Shown here in pieces: positions 8,460-19,056 of a stretch of 64,000 nt of DNA (positions within the stretch are counted from its first letter, which is position 1; each line of letters begins with the position of its first letter). The DNA is from Candidatus Obscuribacterales bacterium. Lineage in GTDB: Bacteria; Cyanobacteriota; Vampirovibrionia; Obscuribacterales; Obscuribacteraceae. Both the position numbers and the translations under genes were made by a program. The stretch covers positions 736,001-800,000 of the forward strand of contig CBDDIJ010000003.1 in the NCBI GenBank assembly GCA_965228855.1. The letters are read 5' to 3'. Under the pieces are notes generated by a model. The model was given only the letters and a program-made list of their open reading frames with translations. It was not told where the DNA came from and made no database searches.

Positions 8460-10205
8460 TCACTTTGGCACCAGTCGCCACTCATCATTTTGTCGGACAT
8501 GAACCACATTTGTCCGATACCAGGGACGTTTGTCCGTGTCCTGTCCGTATCTCCAGCCTGCTACACGGTCTTGCTTGTCGAACTCTATCGCCAGAATTGG
8601 ATCCGGAGAATTACCGCAGTGAGGGACCAGGGTGAAAGACAGGTAGTACTTTATCTGATTGCATTCTGACCCTTCGCCGTCGTAATCCGGTTGTCCCAAA
8701 AATTTGTACAGCTCGGTTCTCCTCATTCCGATGACGTCCTGCTCCCGCAAAAAATCTCGCCATAAGTCCATCCGAGCGATCATTCCATCGCGGCTGGGCA
8801 TCCAGTCATATTTGTCAAATCCTTTTCTCCTGTTGTACAAGATGGCGTTTCTTCCATGAATACTAACGGAGTCATATTTTTGAGGAATGATAAATCTACC
8901 GTCTGGTCCGAGCAGTCCTACCTTCAGTTCGTTAGTCGCGAAATTTCGAGCTCCAATTGCTATGTAATTCTTCGAGTATCCGAAAATGGCATCGTATTTT
9001 GCTTCGACTAGGATGTGTCCGTGAGCGTCGACTACGCCATATTTCCTTATTGAGTCCCCGTCACCATTTTTTATTGAGGCTTCTTGTCTGAAGAACCTCC
9101 AAACATCATCTCCAATTGGGTCTTCAAGACGAACTCCTGAAGGTAAAACAGAGAGCAACTGTCCTTGAGCAGAAAACACATGTAGTCTTCCGTTTTTCAA
9201 GCCAAATATACGATCTTTGTCTCGCTTGAGGCTTTCGAATTCTGGCTTGAGAACGAACTCTCCGGAATGATCGACCATCCCGCATAGCTTGCTGCTCAGG
9301 GTAACAATCGCCAGACCGTTTTCGAAATGCTCGGTCCATCCGTCCTGAAAAGGTCCGGCAATAACCTTTTCGTTTTTATCGATCAAAGCACCGCAGATAG
9401 TACCATGATTATCTATGGTTACACTGGCAAAACCTTCGTTAAATTCCTCCGCGCCATAGTACTTTGGCTTGATCTGGTATTGACCTTTTCTATTCACGAA
9501 TCCAAATCGATTGCCATGTTTTAGCTCTACTAAAAGGAGGTCATCGTGATACTCGCGAGTTCGCACAACTAGTTCTTGAGGTAGGTCTGCAATGAAATTT
9601 GCCTTCTCATCGTAGAGCTTGTAGACGCGAACGCCTTCAGGTGTGAAGGTGTCCTGCAGGAAACGGTCGGTCCAGACCGGTCTCACATCTCCTCCGTTAC
9701 CGACTCCGTTGGGAGAAAAGATAATCCGTCCATTTTGATCGCAGATACCGAAGTGTCCATCTTTTTCGAACCGATAGTATCCCAGACCGAGGTTCTCGCG
9801 CATCTTGGCGCCCGGAACCTGAACCTGCGCGAGCTCTTTGAATGATACGTCCGGAGCTATCGAGCTAGGAACCACTGATGGTGGCGGAAGGGGAAACCGC
9901 TCGTCATAAAGTTTAGCCCCAGCGGGCGTCGGAATTAGGGCTCCCTTCTGATTGACAAAGAAGGGAACGACATCTTTAGGATTGCCTTTCGGAGTTATTC
10001 TGAAACAGTCTTTCGACATCCACCGAATATCGCCATAGACAGGGGGTATCTTGCCGTCTAAATTTGCTAGCCCGAAGTCGTCAGCATCTGCAGTCTGCGT
10101 AAAACTTGCCAGGATGGACAGAGCGGCTGATAGACCGAGCCTTATCCGGTTCTCGAAAGCTGGCATGCGTAAAGATCCGTGGGGGCACAAAAAGCATCCT
10201 AACAC
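8460..10205 (-). CDS. Secreted WG-repeat (KWG-type) protein
   Basis: Repeats FGFVNRKGQYQIKPKY...FNEGFASV, CGMVDHSGEFVLKPEF, YGVVDAHGHILVEAKY; signal peptide; the true start may be ATG 10166. Confidence 0.85.
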   Translation of the reverse strand: MLGCFLCPHGSLRMPAFENRIRLGLSAALSILASFTQTADADDFGLANLDGKIPPVYGDIRWMSKDCFRITPKGNPKDVVPFFVNQKGALIPTPAGAKLYDERFPLPPPSVVPSSIAPDVSFKELAQVQVPGAKMRENLGLGYYRFEKDGHFGICDQNGRIIFSPNGVGNGGDVRPVWTDRFLQDTFTPEGVRVYKLYDEKANFIADLPQELVVRTREYHDDLLLVELKHGNRFGFVNRKGQYQIKPKYYGAEEFNEGFASVTIDNHGTICGALIDKNEKVIAGPFQDGWTEHFENGLAIVTLSSKLCGMVDHSGEFVLKPEFESLKRDKDRIFGLKNGRLHVFSAQGQLLSVLPSGVRLEDPIGDDVWRFFRQEASIKNGDGDSIRKYGVVDAHGHILVEAKYDAIFGYSKNYIAIGARNFATNELKVGLLGPDGRFIIPQKYDSVSIHGRNAILYNRRKGFDKYDWMPSRDGMIARMDLWRDFLREQDVIGMRRTELYKFLGQPDYDGEGSECNQIKYYLSFTLVPHCGNSPDPILAIEFDKQDRVAGWRYGQDTDKRPWYRTNVVHVRQNDEWRLVPK

Positions 10206-10296
10206 TTATTTGTTATGGTAGCTTCAGCTAAACCGGACCAATCACCTTCAGGCAAACTGATACCTGCGCCAATCTCGCGTAAACAGTTTGGCGCGC

Positions 10297-11532
10297 CTAT
10301 CCGTTTGGTTTAACTATAAGTTGTTGCAGACCGCGCAGCGCAAAAGGCGCTTTATAATGGATGGGAGCGTCCGCAAGAGCGAGGTTTGGAGCGCGCTCGA
10401 ATAGACGGCGAAGCGCAATGCGCGCCTCTGTTCTCGCCAGCTCTGCGCCGAGACAGTAGTGAATGCCTGCTCCAAATGAAATGTGTTTTGGATTTTCGCG
10501 CTGGACGTCGAATTTGTCAGGGTTGGAATTTGCGCGAGGGTCTCTGTTGCAAGCGCCAATCAAAATTGTCAGCGCCTGGTCTGGCTTCAACTTCACTCCG
10601 CCGACTTCCATGTTTTCTTTGGCGAGGCGACGGACTATCTGTACTGGCGGATCATATCTGAGGATTTCTTCTACCGCACTGTTCATAAGACCTGGATTAT
10701 CCATCAACAGCTGCTTTTGAACAGGGTGAGTAAGTAAGTTTAGTGTGCCGTTGCCGATCAAGTTGACCGTGGTTTCATGACCTGCAATCAGTATCAAAAT
10801 TGCATTCGATAAAAGCTCTTTCTTTGACAATCTGTCGTTATCTTCCTGCGCCTGGACGAGCGTAGAAATGATGTCATTCTTTGGCGCTTTACGCTTTTCG
10901 TCGATGGCTGCGCTGAGATATTTTTTCAAACCCTGGGTTGCCGCGATCGAATTGAAAATTTTCATCGGACAGCCTGAACCGTCTAGACCCAGCGTAATTT
11001 TTGTAGACCATTCTTTAAACTGATGGCGGTCGGAAGTGGGCACACCAAGGAGTTCTGCAATGACAGTAACTGGAAGAAGAAAGGCGTATTCGGAAACTAA
11101 ATCTGCCGATTCTTTTTTGAGTAAGTCATCGAGCAACCGGTCGGCAATCGACGTGATGTGTTCTTCCAGCGCATGAATTACTTTAGGCGTAAATGCTTTG
11201 TTTACGAGAGATCTTACGCGAGTGTGATCGGGTGGATCCTGCAACAGCATATTCGTTGTAGGTCTAATTATTTTTAGTGCGCCACGCAGCAGTAGATTCG
11301 GGTGTTTCCATCTATCGAGACGTTTGCCGAAACGGTTGTCTCGCAGAATAGCACTGGCAACTTCATACTGAGTGACCAACCACTGGTCTCCAGCCGGGCT
11401 CCAGATGATTGGACCACTCTCGCACATCTCCGCTAGGCGACCATAGGGCGCGTCCAGCAGCTGCGGCGAGACGTTTATAAGTGGGTCAAAAACTTCGTTT
11501 TTTTGCTTGAGCATAGTTGTATTCATAGCCAT
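10297..11532 (-). CDS. Cytochrome P450
   Basis: DPPDHTRVR, I-helix AGHETT, ExxR (EEILR), heme motif FGAGIHYCLG. Confidence 0.97.
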   Translation of the reverse strand: MAMNTTMLKQKNEVFDPLINVSPQLLDAPYGRLAEMCESGPIIWSPAGDQWLVTQYEVASAILRDNRFGKRLDRWKHPNLLLRGALKIIRPTTNMLLQDPPDHTRVRSLVNKAFTPKVIHALEEHITSIADRLLDDLLKKESADLVSEYAFLLPVTVIAELLGVPTSDRHQFKEWSTKITLGLDGSGCPMKIFNSIAATQGLKKYLSAAIDEKRKAPKNDIISTLVQAQEDNDRLSKKELLSNAILILIAGHETTVNLIGNGTLNLLTHPVQKQLLMDNPGLMNSAVEEILRYDPPVQIVRRLAKENMEVGGVKLKPDQALTILIGACNRDPRANSNPDKFDVQRENPKHISFGAGIHYCLGAELARTEARIALRRLFERAPNLALADAPIHYKAPFALRGLQQLIVKPNG

Positions 11533-11623
11533 TCTCTTCTATCGGGGCGGTCAAAATCAATATGTGATTTGACCCAAGAAGTTGCGCTCGAATAGCTAAT
11601 TAAATGTGAAAAACGTCGCGATT

Positions 11624-11896
11624 CTATTCTCCCCCGCCGCAAACCTTGCACGGTACTCCGCCCTGTGCCTTGGCCTCCGAGCGTTTGACGGCAATACAAT
11701 GTGTGCATCGCTTGAGGTGAATGCAGCTTGGTGTGTGATATTTCTTCGAATTTGTATTTATGTAGACAGTGTCATTTCCGTCGGCAAGCGCCCGAGTGTG
11801 GGGATTTTCGCTATTGGCGGCGAAAGTGCTGGTCGCCTGGATAGATGTGCCTCCCAGAGCCAGCACGACTGCAATAATTGCGGTCACGGTTCTCAT
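11624..11896 (-). CDS. Small secreted protein with an Ada-like metal-binding domain
   Basis: Signal peptide plus VYINTNSKKYHTPSC...SEAKAQGGVPCKVC, the YH-x3-C...PCxxC module also seen on thermonuclease/ComEC C-termini. Confidence 0.7.
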   Translation of the reverse strand: MRTVTAIIAVVLALGGTSIQATSTFAANSENPHTRALADGNDTVYINTNSKKYHTPSCIHLKRCTHCIAVKRSEAKAQGGVPCKVCGGGE

Positions 11897-12048
11897 TATT
11901 CAACTCCCGAATCAGGCGAAATCGCCTGCTTTCTGACAGACCCAGAACCAATATGCCACTTGAAACCAAAGTTGACACTCTGGGCGTTGCAAGCTTGCCG
12001 CTGATGGGCGTTTGCTAAAATTGCCATGGGCAACAACAGAGGCATCTT

Positions 12049-12915
12049 ATGGATATTGCTTACATCGGTATGGGAATTATGGGATCTGCTATGGCTGCCA
12101 ATTTAGCCAAGGCAGGACACAATGTAAGAGTGTGGAATCGAAGTAAAGACCGAGAGACACTGAAGAATGCAGTGAAATCGGGATGCACCAGTTGTGATAC
12201 CATTCAAAATGCAGTTCAAAATAGCAAGATCGTTTTCACTTGCGTAAGCGATGTTCAAGACCTCGATGAGATTATCACCGCAGAAGGTGGCATTCTATCA
12301 TCCGCCGCGCCGGAGACTCTGGTAATTGACACCGCTACCGTTGGCCCGGCTGCGGCTAAAGCGTTTGCCGAAAAACTCGCTATGAAAGACATTCGATTTC
12401 TCGATGCTCCTGTAACTGGCGGCGATGTTGGCGCTCGCAACGCCACTCTGACCATCATGGTCGGCGGTTCTCAAACAGATTTTGACGAAGCCTTACCCGT
12501 ACTCAATGTCATTGGGAAAAATGTCAAATACTGCGGACCTACAGGAAGCGGTCAAGCCCTCAAGTTGTGCAATCAAATTCTATGCGCGATCAACATGATT
12601 GGAATAACTGAGGCGTTGATGCTGGCAAAGCAGTTCGGTCTTGATGAGAACATGGTGCCGGAAATCCTGGGTACCGGTGCCGGTGGATCATGGGCTCTGG
12701 CAAACCTTGCTCCTCGGATAATTAAGGATGACTTCGAGCCAGGCTTTCGAATCAAAGACATTTTGAAAGACTTGCGATTGGTTCATGAAAATAGCACCGC
12801 GGACGGTGCCGGGTCCGAACTCCCTGGTACCGCGCTTGCGAGCGAGCGTTTTGAAGCTGCTGCCCGCGCAGTGGGTCTGGATAAAGGAACGCAGGCGATG
12901 CTTAAGGGCTACTGA
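12049..12915 (+). CDS. NAD(P)-dependent beta-hydroxyacid dehydrogenase (3-hydroxyisobutyrate / tartronate semialdehyde reductase family)
   Basis: IGMGIMGSAMA Rossmann motif, FLDAPVTGG, GSGQALKLCNQ, PGFRIKDILKDL. Confidence 0.93.
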   Translation: MDIAYIGMGIMGSAMAANLAKAGHNVRVWNRSKDRETLKNAVKSGCTSCDTIQNAVQNSKIVFTCVSDVQDLDEIITAEGGILSSAAPETLVIDTATVGPAAAKAFAEKLAMKDIRFLDAPVTGGDVGARNATLTIMVGGSQTDFDEALPVLNVIGKNVKYCGPTGSGQALKLCNQILCAINMIGITEALMLAKQFGLDENMVPEILGTGAGGSWALANLAPRIIKDDFEPGFRIKDILKDLRLVHENSTADGAGSELPGTALASERFEAAARAVGLDKGTQAMLKGY

Positions 12916-13898
12916 GTAGATCCAAGTTTTAAACTCAACCATTCATCGTTGTATATGGTGCTCAAGTAGCCACGACCTCCGTCCGGAAGAATGGCAACTA
13001 TGTTCTTGTTCTCTCCGCTCAATCGTCTTGCATACTCGACCGCGGCCGCGATAATGCACCCGGAGGAGCTGCCGAGAAATAGACCTTCTGTTGCGAGAAC
13101 CTTTTTCGACATCGCTACGGCGTCCTTGTCCGCAACACGAACAACGTCGTCTACCAGCGAGATGTCGAAGTTGCCGGGTATAAAATCTTGACCTATGCCT
13201 TCCACCAAGTATGAACCGCTTTTAGATTCCTTGCCTTGGACAAGATCGGCAAGGGAACTACCGATAGGATCGGCAAGCACCACCTGTACCGCAGGTTTAT
13301 GCTCTTTCAAGTATCGCCCGGTCCCGCTGAGGGTGCCACCGGTGCCGACACCTGCGACAAGTGCGTCAACATCTCCACCAGTTTGATTCCAAACCTCGGG
13401 TCCTGTGGATTGGTAATGAGCTTCTGCATTTGTCTCGTTGTAGAACTGGTTGGCAAGCCATCCTCCTGTTTCCTCCGCCATCTTTCGCGCCCGGTTCATA
13501 AAGTTGTCCGGATCTGAGATCGGTTTTCCGCCCGGCAGAACGACAGTTTCTGCGCCCAATGCTTTGAGAAAATTGACTTTGTCCTTACTGACCTTCTCCG
13601 ACATGACAGTGATCAATTTGTATCCGCGAACTGCTGCCACCTGAGCCAATCCGATGCCGGTATTGCCGGCGGTGGCTTCAATAATCGTTCCGCCAGGTTT
13701 CAGTCGGCCGGTCTCTTCGGCTTTGCGCACCATGTAGAACGCGATGCGATCTTTTACCGACCCGCCTGGATTGAGAAATTCACACTTGCCGAGAATTGTA
13801 TGTTTTAGATTTTCGCTCTGACAGAAGCGCGACAGTCTTATGATGGGAGTATTTCCGATAAGCTCTTCTAGAGAGTTTGCGATGGCTTTGTCTGTCAC
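12909..13898 (-). CDS. PLP-dependent cysteine synthase / cystathionine beta-synthase family enzyme
   Basis: IGNTPII, EFLNPGGSVKDR (PLP Lys), EATAGNTG, GVGTGGT, EGIG, PDGGRGYLS. Confidence 0.93.
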   Translation of the reverse strand: MTDKAIANSLEELIGNTPIIRLSRFCQSENLKHTILGKCEFLNPGGSVKDRIAFYMVRKAEETGRLKPGGTIIEATAGNTGIGLAQVAAVRGYKLITVMSEKVSKDKVNFLKALGAETVVLPGGKPISDPDNFMNRARKMAEETGGWLANQFYNETNAEAHYQSTGPEVWNQTGGDVDALVAGVGTGGTLSGTGRYLKEHKPAVQVVLADPIGSSLADLVQGKESKSGSYLVEGIGQDFIPGNFDISLVDDVVRVADKDAVAMSKKVLATEGLFLGSSSGCIIAAAVEYARRLSGENKNIVAILPDGGRGYLSTIYNDEWLSLKLGSTQ

Positions 13899-13936
13899 TG
13901 TTTAATCCGATGGAGAGAACGCAGACAATCGTACCA

Positions 13937-15193
13937 TTAGTGCAATTCGAGCGTTCCGATCTTGATATCTGCCGCTTTCAGTTCGCGAACGACGGGCTGA
14001 ATATTGTTAGCCCGCGCTTGCATTGACTGACCTGCGCCCTTCTGACCGCAGTAGTACAGCACATAGCCGTACTTCTTGAGATAGGGAACTACGGCAATTG
14101 ATTGAGACCCATTCACCTTCTCTGCGGTCCTGAGCGCTCGGGCGAGGAGTGGAGCCGCTGAGCCGAAGCGCTTTCTGTCTGAATAGAAGCAACCTAGGGT
14201 AAAGAGGGCGCGCTGCTCAAGTGATGGCGAGCCGGCCCAGCGTTTCACCGCATACTTGTATATCTCCTCGGCTTCGCTGAATTTGCCTTCTGCCACATAA
14301 CATGTGGCGAGTCGATTCATTCGCGAGAAAATCTGTGGGTCATCAGGATTCAGAACGCTTTCGGTGATGTCCAGAGCCTCTTTGTAATATGATTCGGCGT
14401 CTTTTTTCTCGCCTTTCTTCAAACAAATGCCTGCGAGATTGTCATAGCTGTTGGCCAGCGATAAATGTTTCTTTCCGAGTATTGTGGCTTTGACATCGAG
14501 GGATGTTTTATATAGTTTGTCCGCCATGACATAGTCTCGGCGAGCGTTGTACAGGTCTCCGAGCTTGTCGCAACTGATCGACCATTCAAGAAGCGGATCC
14601 ACCACTTGCGGAGCGGCGGTGCCTGCCCAGCCGACTAGCGGGGTTCCTTCTTTGTAAGCCAGTTTCGCATTCTTTTCTTCCAGGTCGCTTTGCTCTCGAA
14701 ATTTACCTTGCACGAAATTGAGCAGGTCTTCTGTCAGAGGCTTTGCCTTCTCTGGCGTTCCTACCGTGAGGTAAAACCGAATCAACTCTTCCATGTCGAA
14801 AACTAGCTTGCCTACGTTCTCGCTGATGTTGCGGTCCTTGATATAAAATTCTTCTTCCAGAAGTGGCTGCGCCTCGCGAAAACGCGCACGCACAGCCAAC
14901 AAGCGGCCTAAATCGCCCATGCTTTTTGCGATGCGAATTTCGTCTGGACCAATTTTTCGCGCTTCTTCGACAGCCTGGCGCAATATGCGCTCCGCTTTAC
15001 CGTACTCGTTGTTGAAAAACGCCTCTTCTCCCTCTTTTTGAACCATCTCCCAGTGCTTAAACGCTTCTGTCTTTTCATTCTCGGCGTAAAACGTCGCGTT
15101 CGAAGGCGTCGTAATGGACACGCCAAAGACAAACGACAGAAATACGACACGAATGTGCCGTTTACTTGTTAACGCGCGAATAAGAGAGTTCAC
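13937..15193 (-). CDS. Secreted TPR protein (kinesin-light-chain-type TPRs)
   Basis: Signal peptide; repeats such as LANSYDNLAGICLKKGEKKDAESYYKEALDITESVL. Confidence 0.85.
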   Translation of the reverse strand: MNSLIRALTSKRHIRVVFLSFVFGVSITTPSNATFYAENEKTEAFKHWEMVQKEGEEAFFNNEYGKAERILRQAVEEARKIGPDEIRIAKSMGDLGRLLAVRARFREAQPLLEEEFYIKDRNISENVGKLVFDMEELIRFYLTVGTPEKAKPLTEDLLNFVQGKFREQSDLEEKNAKLAYKEGTPLVGWAGTAAPQVVDPLLEWSISCDKLGDLYNARRDYVMADKLYKTSLDVKATILGKKHLSLANSYDNLAGICLKKGEKKDAESYYKEALDITESVLNPDDPQIFSRMNRLATCYVAEGKFSEAEEIYKYAVKRWAGSPSLEQRALFTLGCFYSDRKRFGSAAPLLARALRTAEKVNGSQSIAVVPYLKKYGYVLYYCGQKGAGQSMQARANNIQPVVRELKAADIKIGTLELH

Positions 15194-15411
15194 CTGGGTA
15201 TCTTAGCGAATTAAATGGGCTTCGTTGTCATAACTACTCCCGATTTTCACAATTTAGGACGGAATATCTATGGCTGAAACTGCCCCGACATTCACAATCC
15301 CGTGAGTTAAACGGCTGCCTCATGTGACCGTGCCGCCGATTTCCATCGACGGCACTTCACTCGCTTATTCACTCACTGGAAAAACTTTGCTCTACTGCTT
15401 GTTTAGCGCAT

Positions 15412-15939
15412 TCAGGACCAGAACTTTGGGCTTGGTGGGACCTGATGCACACGATGTTCGTGCTGTCTGGGCTGCAACCCGCGACCGTCTTCCCGGCGTT
15501 CCCATGGACTGGGGTTGCCTGGCACTCTGTCTACCGATCTATCCGAATTGTTTTTGTCATTAATGCCGTCGTTGCGGTTTATATCCTTGCTGTGATCCTC
15601 TTTGCGGAGGTCCTCTCCGGGGTCCAGCGAGCGCGTCTTCTCGGCTGCCTTGCCGCCTAATTTGTCGTCCATTTTGTCGCTAAGCTGGTTATTGAGTTTG
15701 TCGTCGAATCCTTGAAGGGGAGCGGCGCAGAAGTCCAGCTCCTTGGGCGATTGCCGTTCTAAATGATTGGGACCGCGACCGCCGCCGCCGCCGTGACCGC
15801 CATGCTGAACTTCGTTGTCCGCACCTGCTGCGCCGCGTCCAAGAATCATGGCGCCTTCGAGCAATCTGTGGCTTGTGGAATCGGAGCTGGTTTCCCGAGA
15901 TTGGTTTTGAACGCGATTGTCAATTTCAAAATTAGGCAT
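15412..15939 (-). CDS. Hypothetical hydrophilic, probably disordered protein
   Basis: AAGGAG RBS before ATG at 15939 (shorter than the 16092 ORF call); Gly/Asp/Asn/Arg-rich. Confidence 0.65.
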   Translation of the reverse strand: MPNFEIDNRVQNQSRETSSDSTSHRLLEGAMILGRGAAGADNEVQHGGHGGGGGRGPNHLERQSPKELDFCAAPLQGFDDKLNNQLSDKMDDKLGGKAAEKTRSLDPGEDLRKEDHSKDINRNDGINDKNNSDRSVDRVPGNPSPWERREDGRGLQPRQHEHRVHQVPPSPKFWS

Positions 15940-16212
15940 GGTCGGCTCCTTGGTAATAGAATCGTTGAGTGAATGGTGGCGAAGTGCCGTCTCAGTTGGG
16001 CTTTCAGGTTGGTTACTAAGTCGTCCTGTCTTCCGAACGAGAACATCATAATTTCGAGTTATGACAATTTTGAACCAGAATCGGACGCTCAAAATTTCGT
16101 GGAAAACCTATATATGGAGCCGTATGCGACTAATTTTGTTGACGGGAAGAGATAGATCGCCGCATTAAGCTAGACTTTTGCTACGCTTGAAACAGACTTG
16201 AAAGGCGATGAA

Positions 16213-16617
16213 ATGAAAATGACAGCCGGCACGTTGTTATATAAAGAGGTGGATGGCCAAATCCATGTATTGCTCGTGCACCCTTCAGGCAATTACAATC
16301 GCCGCGCGCCCTGGAGCATACCGAAAGGGATGCCGGACGAAGGCGAGGAACTTGAAGCTGCCGCGAGACGTGAAACACTTGAAGAGGCTGGTATCGTAAG
16401 CGGTGACCTTGTGCCGCTTGGTTATATCGATTACAAGAAGAGTCGCAAGCGTGTTTTCTGCTGGGGTGGAATTGCGCCCGTCGATCAGCAGCCGCGATGC
16501 GCCTCGTGGGAGATCGATAAAGCTGAATTCGTTTCACTTGCCAGAGCAAAAGAACTTATTCACGTCGATCAGGCCGTTTTCATAGATCGACTCATTGATT
16601 ATTTGAAGAGCGTGTAA
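16213..16617 (+). CDS. NUDIX hydrolase
   Basis: Nudix box GMPDEGEELEAAARRETLEEAG; AGTLLY...VLLVHP...WSIPKG. Confidence 0.93.
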   Translation: MKMTAGTLLYKEVDGQIHVLLVHPSGNYNRRAPWSIPKGMPDEGEELEAAARRETLEEAGIVSGDLVPLGYIDYKKSRKRVFCWGGIAPVDQQPRCASWEIDKAEFVSLARAKELIHVDQAVFIDRLIDYLKSV

Positions 16618-16696
16618 AATGCTGTTAGTCCGGCTGATGCTCTACAAGCTCTTAAGGCGTTAAAAGCAATTTGAAACTTCCAGGATAAATCTAAAA

Positions 16697-17422
16697 ATGT
16701 GTGCAGCGAAACCTCGAACAATTCGCGATATTAGGGTTGTCCCAGTGTCCGCTGCCGACGAATTTCCATGGTATGAGCAGTTTTTAGTGGTGGCAAACCG
16801 AATTACGGACAAGCTCAGAAAGGCAAAATTCGCAATTAGTAATTTTGACCATGTCTACTTATACATCTCATTTTCGGGTACCAGCATAGAAATGTCGCCC
16901 CATGAAACCGATCTGGAGCCGTGGTTCAAGGTTGTGGAGGTTTCGCTTCCATCCAGTATGCAAAAGGAGGCGCCGTCTAGTGAGAGTATTTCCTTAATTG
17001 TTCACGATGCATTGCTCAGTCTTTCGAAGTTCTCCGATATTGACGGAGACGTAATAGACAAATCTTTGGATGCCGTTTTTGAAGTCAGCGAAAACAGCGA
17101 ATTTTCTTTTATCGAAAAGAACACGAGAGAGTACAAGGTGTCTCTGTTTTACAAGTACAACTTACCAGAACCTCATCTTGTTAGCGTTTACTTACGCGTA
17201 ATTGATAAAGGAAGCGGAGCGAAGAAGGAAGTCACCATCGGAAAAATGCTTAGGGAATTTATGAGAGCTCGCCTCGGTTGTATAGAGGTCGTCAATAGCA
17301 AATTAGTAATACATCCCAGAACGTCTGTTCAGGACAGCATTTTTTTAGAGATGGAATCTAAAGATCCAAGCTTACAACTTGAATTTGACCTAACAAATAT
17401 CAACAACGAGCAGATCGAATGA
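16697..17422 (+). CDS. Hypothetical protein
   Basis: 241-aa ORF filling the gap, AGGA upstream; no recognised motif. Confidence 0.65.
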   Translation: MCAAKPRTIRDIRVVPVSAADEFPWYEQFLVVANRITDKLRKAKFAISNFDHVYLYISFSGTSIEMSPHETDLEPWFKVVEVSLPSSMQKEAPSSESISLIVHDALLSLSKFSDIDGDVIDKSLDAVFEVSENSEFSFIEKNTREYKVSLFYKYNLPEPHLVSVYLRVIDKGSGAKKEVTIGKMLREFMRARLGCIEVVNSKLVIHPRTSVQDSIFLEMESKDPSLQLEFDLTNINNEQIE

Positions 17423-17471
17423 TCACGTTGATGTACCGCCAGGTACTTGCTCATTCTTGCGACGAATACTT

Positions 17472-18905
17472 CTAACGAACGCTTCCCATGAGTTTCTTCA
17501 CTAGTGGCACCATGCATAGCATGACCAGTGCTGCGACTATAGCCGCACCGCCCATGGAGCCGAATAGTGTAGTCATACCATCGAGATTGTTTTCATCGAA
17601 GAAACCGCTGAGTTTGCCGGCGACGAAATTGCCGATTGAGATGCTCGTGTACCATGCACCCATAGTGAGTGCGACGAAACGAGCCGGAGCCAGTTTCGTA
17701 ACAGTACTTAGACCGACCGGACTGAGGCAAAGTTCTCCAAGGCATTCTAGCAAGAAGACGGAAATCAGCCAAAAGGGGCTAACTAAGCCGCTTTTAGCGA
17801 GCATCGCCGCTGGTACCATCAATGTAATTCCCAAGCCGAGTAGTAAGATCCCGATGGAAAACTTTGCGGGTGCAGAAGGCTGTTTCTCACCGAGTTTAAT
17901 CCAGAGCATGGAAAATAGAGGCGCGAACATGATGATGAAACCGGCTTGGAAAGTCTGAAGCCAGGTGCTGGGAAACTTCCAGCCGAAGATGGAACAGTCG
18001 ATGCACTTGCTTGCAAAAATGTTGAGACTTGAGCCGCCTTGTTCATAAATAGCCCAGAACAGGATGTTGAAAACGAACAGCACTGCGATCGCGCCGATGC
18101 GATTGATCTCTTCCTTGGTCAGTTTTGACGATTCAGCAGCCTCAGTAGCGTCTTTCGCTTCGTGAGCTGCTTCTTCGGCGAGCTCAACCACAGGCTGCGG
18201 TTTTTTCTTACCCGAAGGTCTCAGACCCGCATCGCCCAGTAATTTGCCTTGCAGAACATAGAACAGCAGACCGAATACCATGCCGACGCCCGCTGCGCCG
18301 AAGCCCCAGTGCCAACTCATATGGGGCGACATTCCGATGGATGTGAGCCATCGCTTGAACTCGTCAGCCTGGGCGAAGTAACCGCATGCAAGTGGTGCGA
18401 GCATGGCTCCGATGTTCACGCCCATATAGAAGATAGAGAAGCCGGCATCACGCCTGGTATCACCAGGCTTGTACAACATTCCGACCATTGTGCTCATGTT
18501 CGGCTTGAGAAGCCCTGTTCCCAGGACAATCATTCCCATGCCGATGTACAAGGTATGGAGAGACGGGAATGCGATCGTGAAGTGACCGAGGGCAATTATT
18601 ATGCCGCCGATTAAAACCGCGTTTCTGGCTCCAAGAAGTCTGTCGCCGATCAAGCCGCCCGGTAGAGCGCTGAGATAAACGCTCATAGTGTACAAACCAT
18701 AGATGCCGCCGGCTTCTTGGTTCGTCATTCCCAATCCGCCGTCACTGACGGCAGTCACCATATATAGTACCAGAATGGCGCGCATACCGTAGTAACTGAA
18801 GCGCTCCCACATCTCGGTACAAAACAAATTGATCAGACCGAGAGGATGTCCGGCAAATGTTTTTTCTTCCTGCGCGGCCGAAATCGTTGCGGCTTCTGAT
18901 GTCAT
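17472..18905 (-). CDS. Proton-dependent oligopeptide transporter (POT/PTR family, DtpT-like)
   Basis: GHPLGL, ExxERFSYYG, GTGLLKPN, FSIFYMGVNIG, GELCLSPVGLS; RBS supports ATG at 18905. Confidence 0.96.
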   Translation of the reverse strand: MTSEAATISAAQEEKTFAGHPLGLINLFCTEMWERFSYYGMRAILVLYMVTAVSDGGLGMTNQEAGGIYGLYTMSVYLSALPGGLIGDRLLGARNAVLIGGIIIALGHFTIAFPSLHTLYIGMGMIVLGTGLLKPNMSTMVGMLYKPGDTRRDAGFSIFYMGVNIGAMLAPLACGYFAQADEFKRWLTSIGMSPHMSWHWGFGAAGVGMVFGLLFYVLQGKLLGDAGLRPSGKKKPQPVVELAEEAAHEAKDATEAAESSKLTKEEINRIGAIAVLFVFNILFWAIYEQGGSSLNIFASKCIDCSIFGWKFPSTWLQTFQAGFIIMFAPLFSMLWIKLGEKQPSAPAKFSIGILLLGLGITLMVPAAMLAKSGLVSPFWLISVFLLECLGELCLSPVGLSTVTKLAPARFVALTMGAWYTSISIGNFVAGKLSGFFDENNLDGMTTLFGSMGGAAIVAALVMLCMVPLVKKLMGSVR

Positions 18906-19056
18906 TTTCTCTCCCTTGACGCATCGCAGCAGCCAACCACATTGCAACTGTGGTGAGCGGTTTGCAAGAGTTTAGCACTTCATCATGGTAAAATGACACT
19001 TCAGTCAAGGGCTTCGAGGGTTGTCGAGGTCTGTTTTTATACTTCGAGGTTTATCC

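Noticed and set aside
15940..16092. Upstream extension of the 15412 ORF, or a riboswitch
   Set aside because: A strong RBS at ATG 15939 argues for a UTR; only a TCATAA-N7-TTATGA palindrome (16046-16064) is seen, insufficient for a call
16697..17422. Orphan ORF as a toxin immunity protein
   Set aside because: Only a compositional impression; no adjacent toxin gene or recognisable motif
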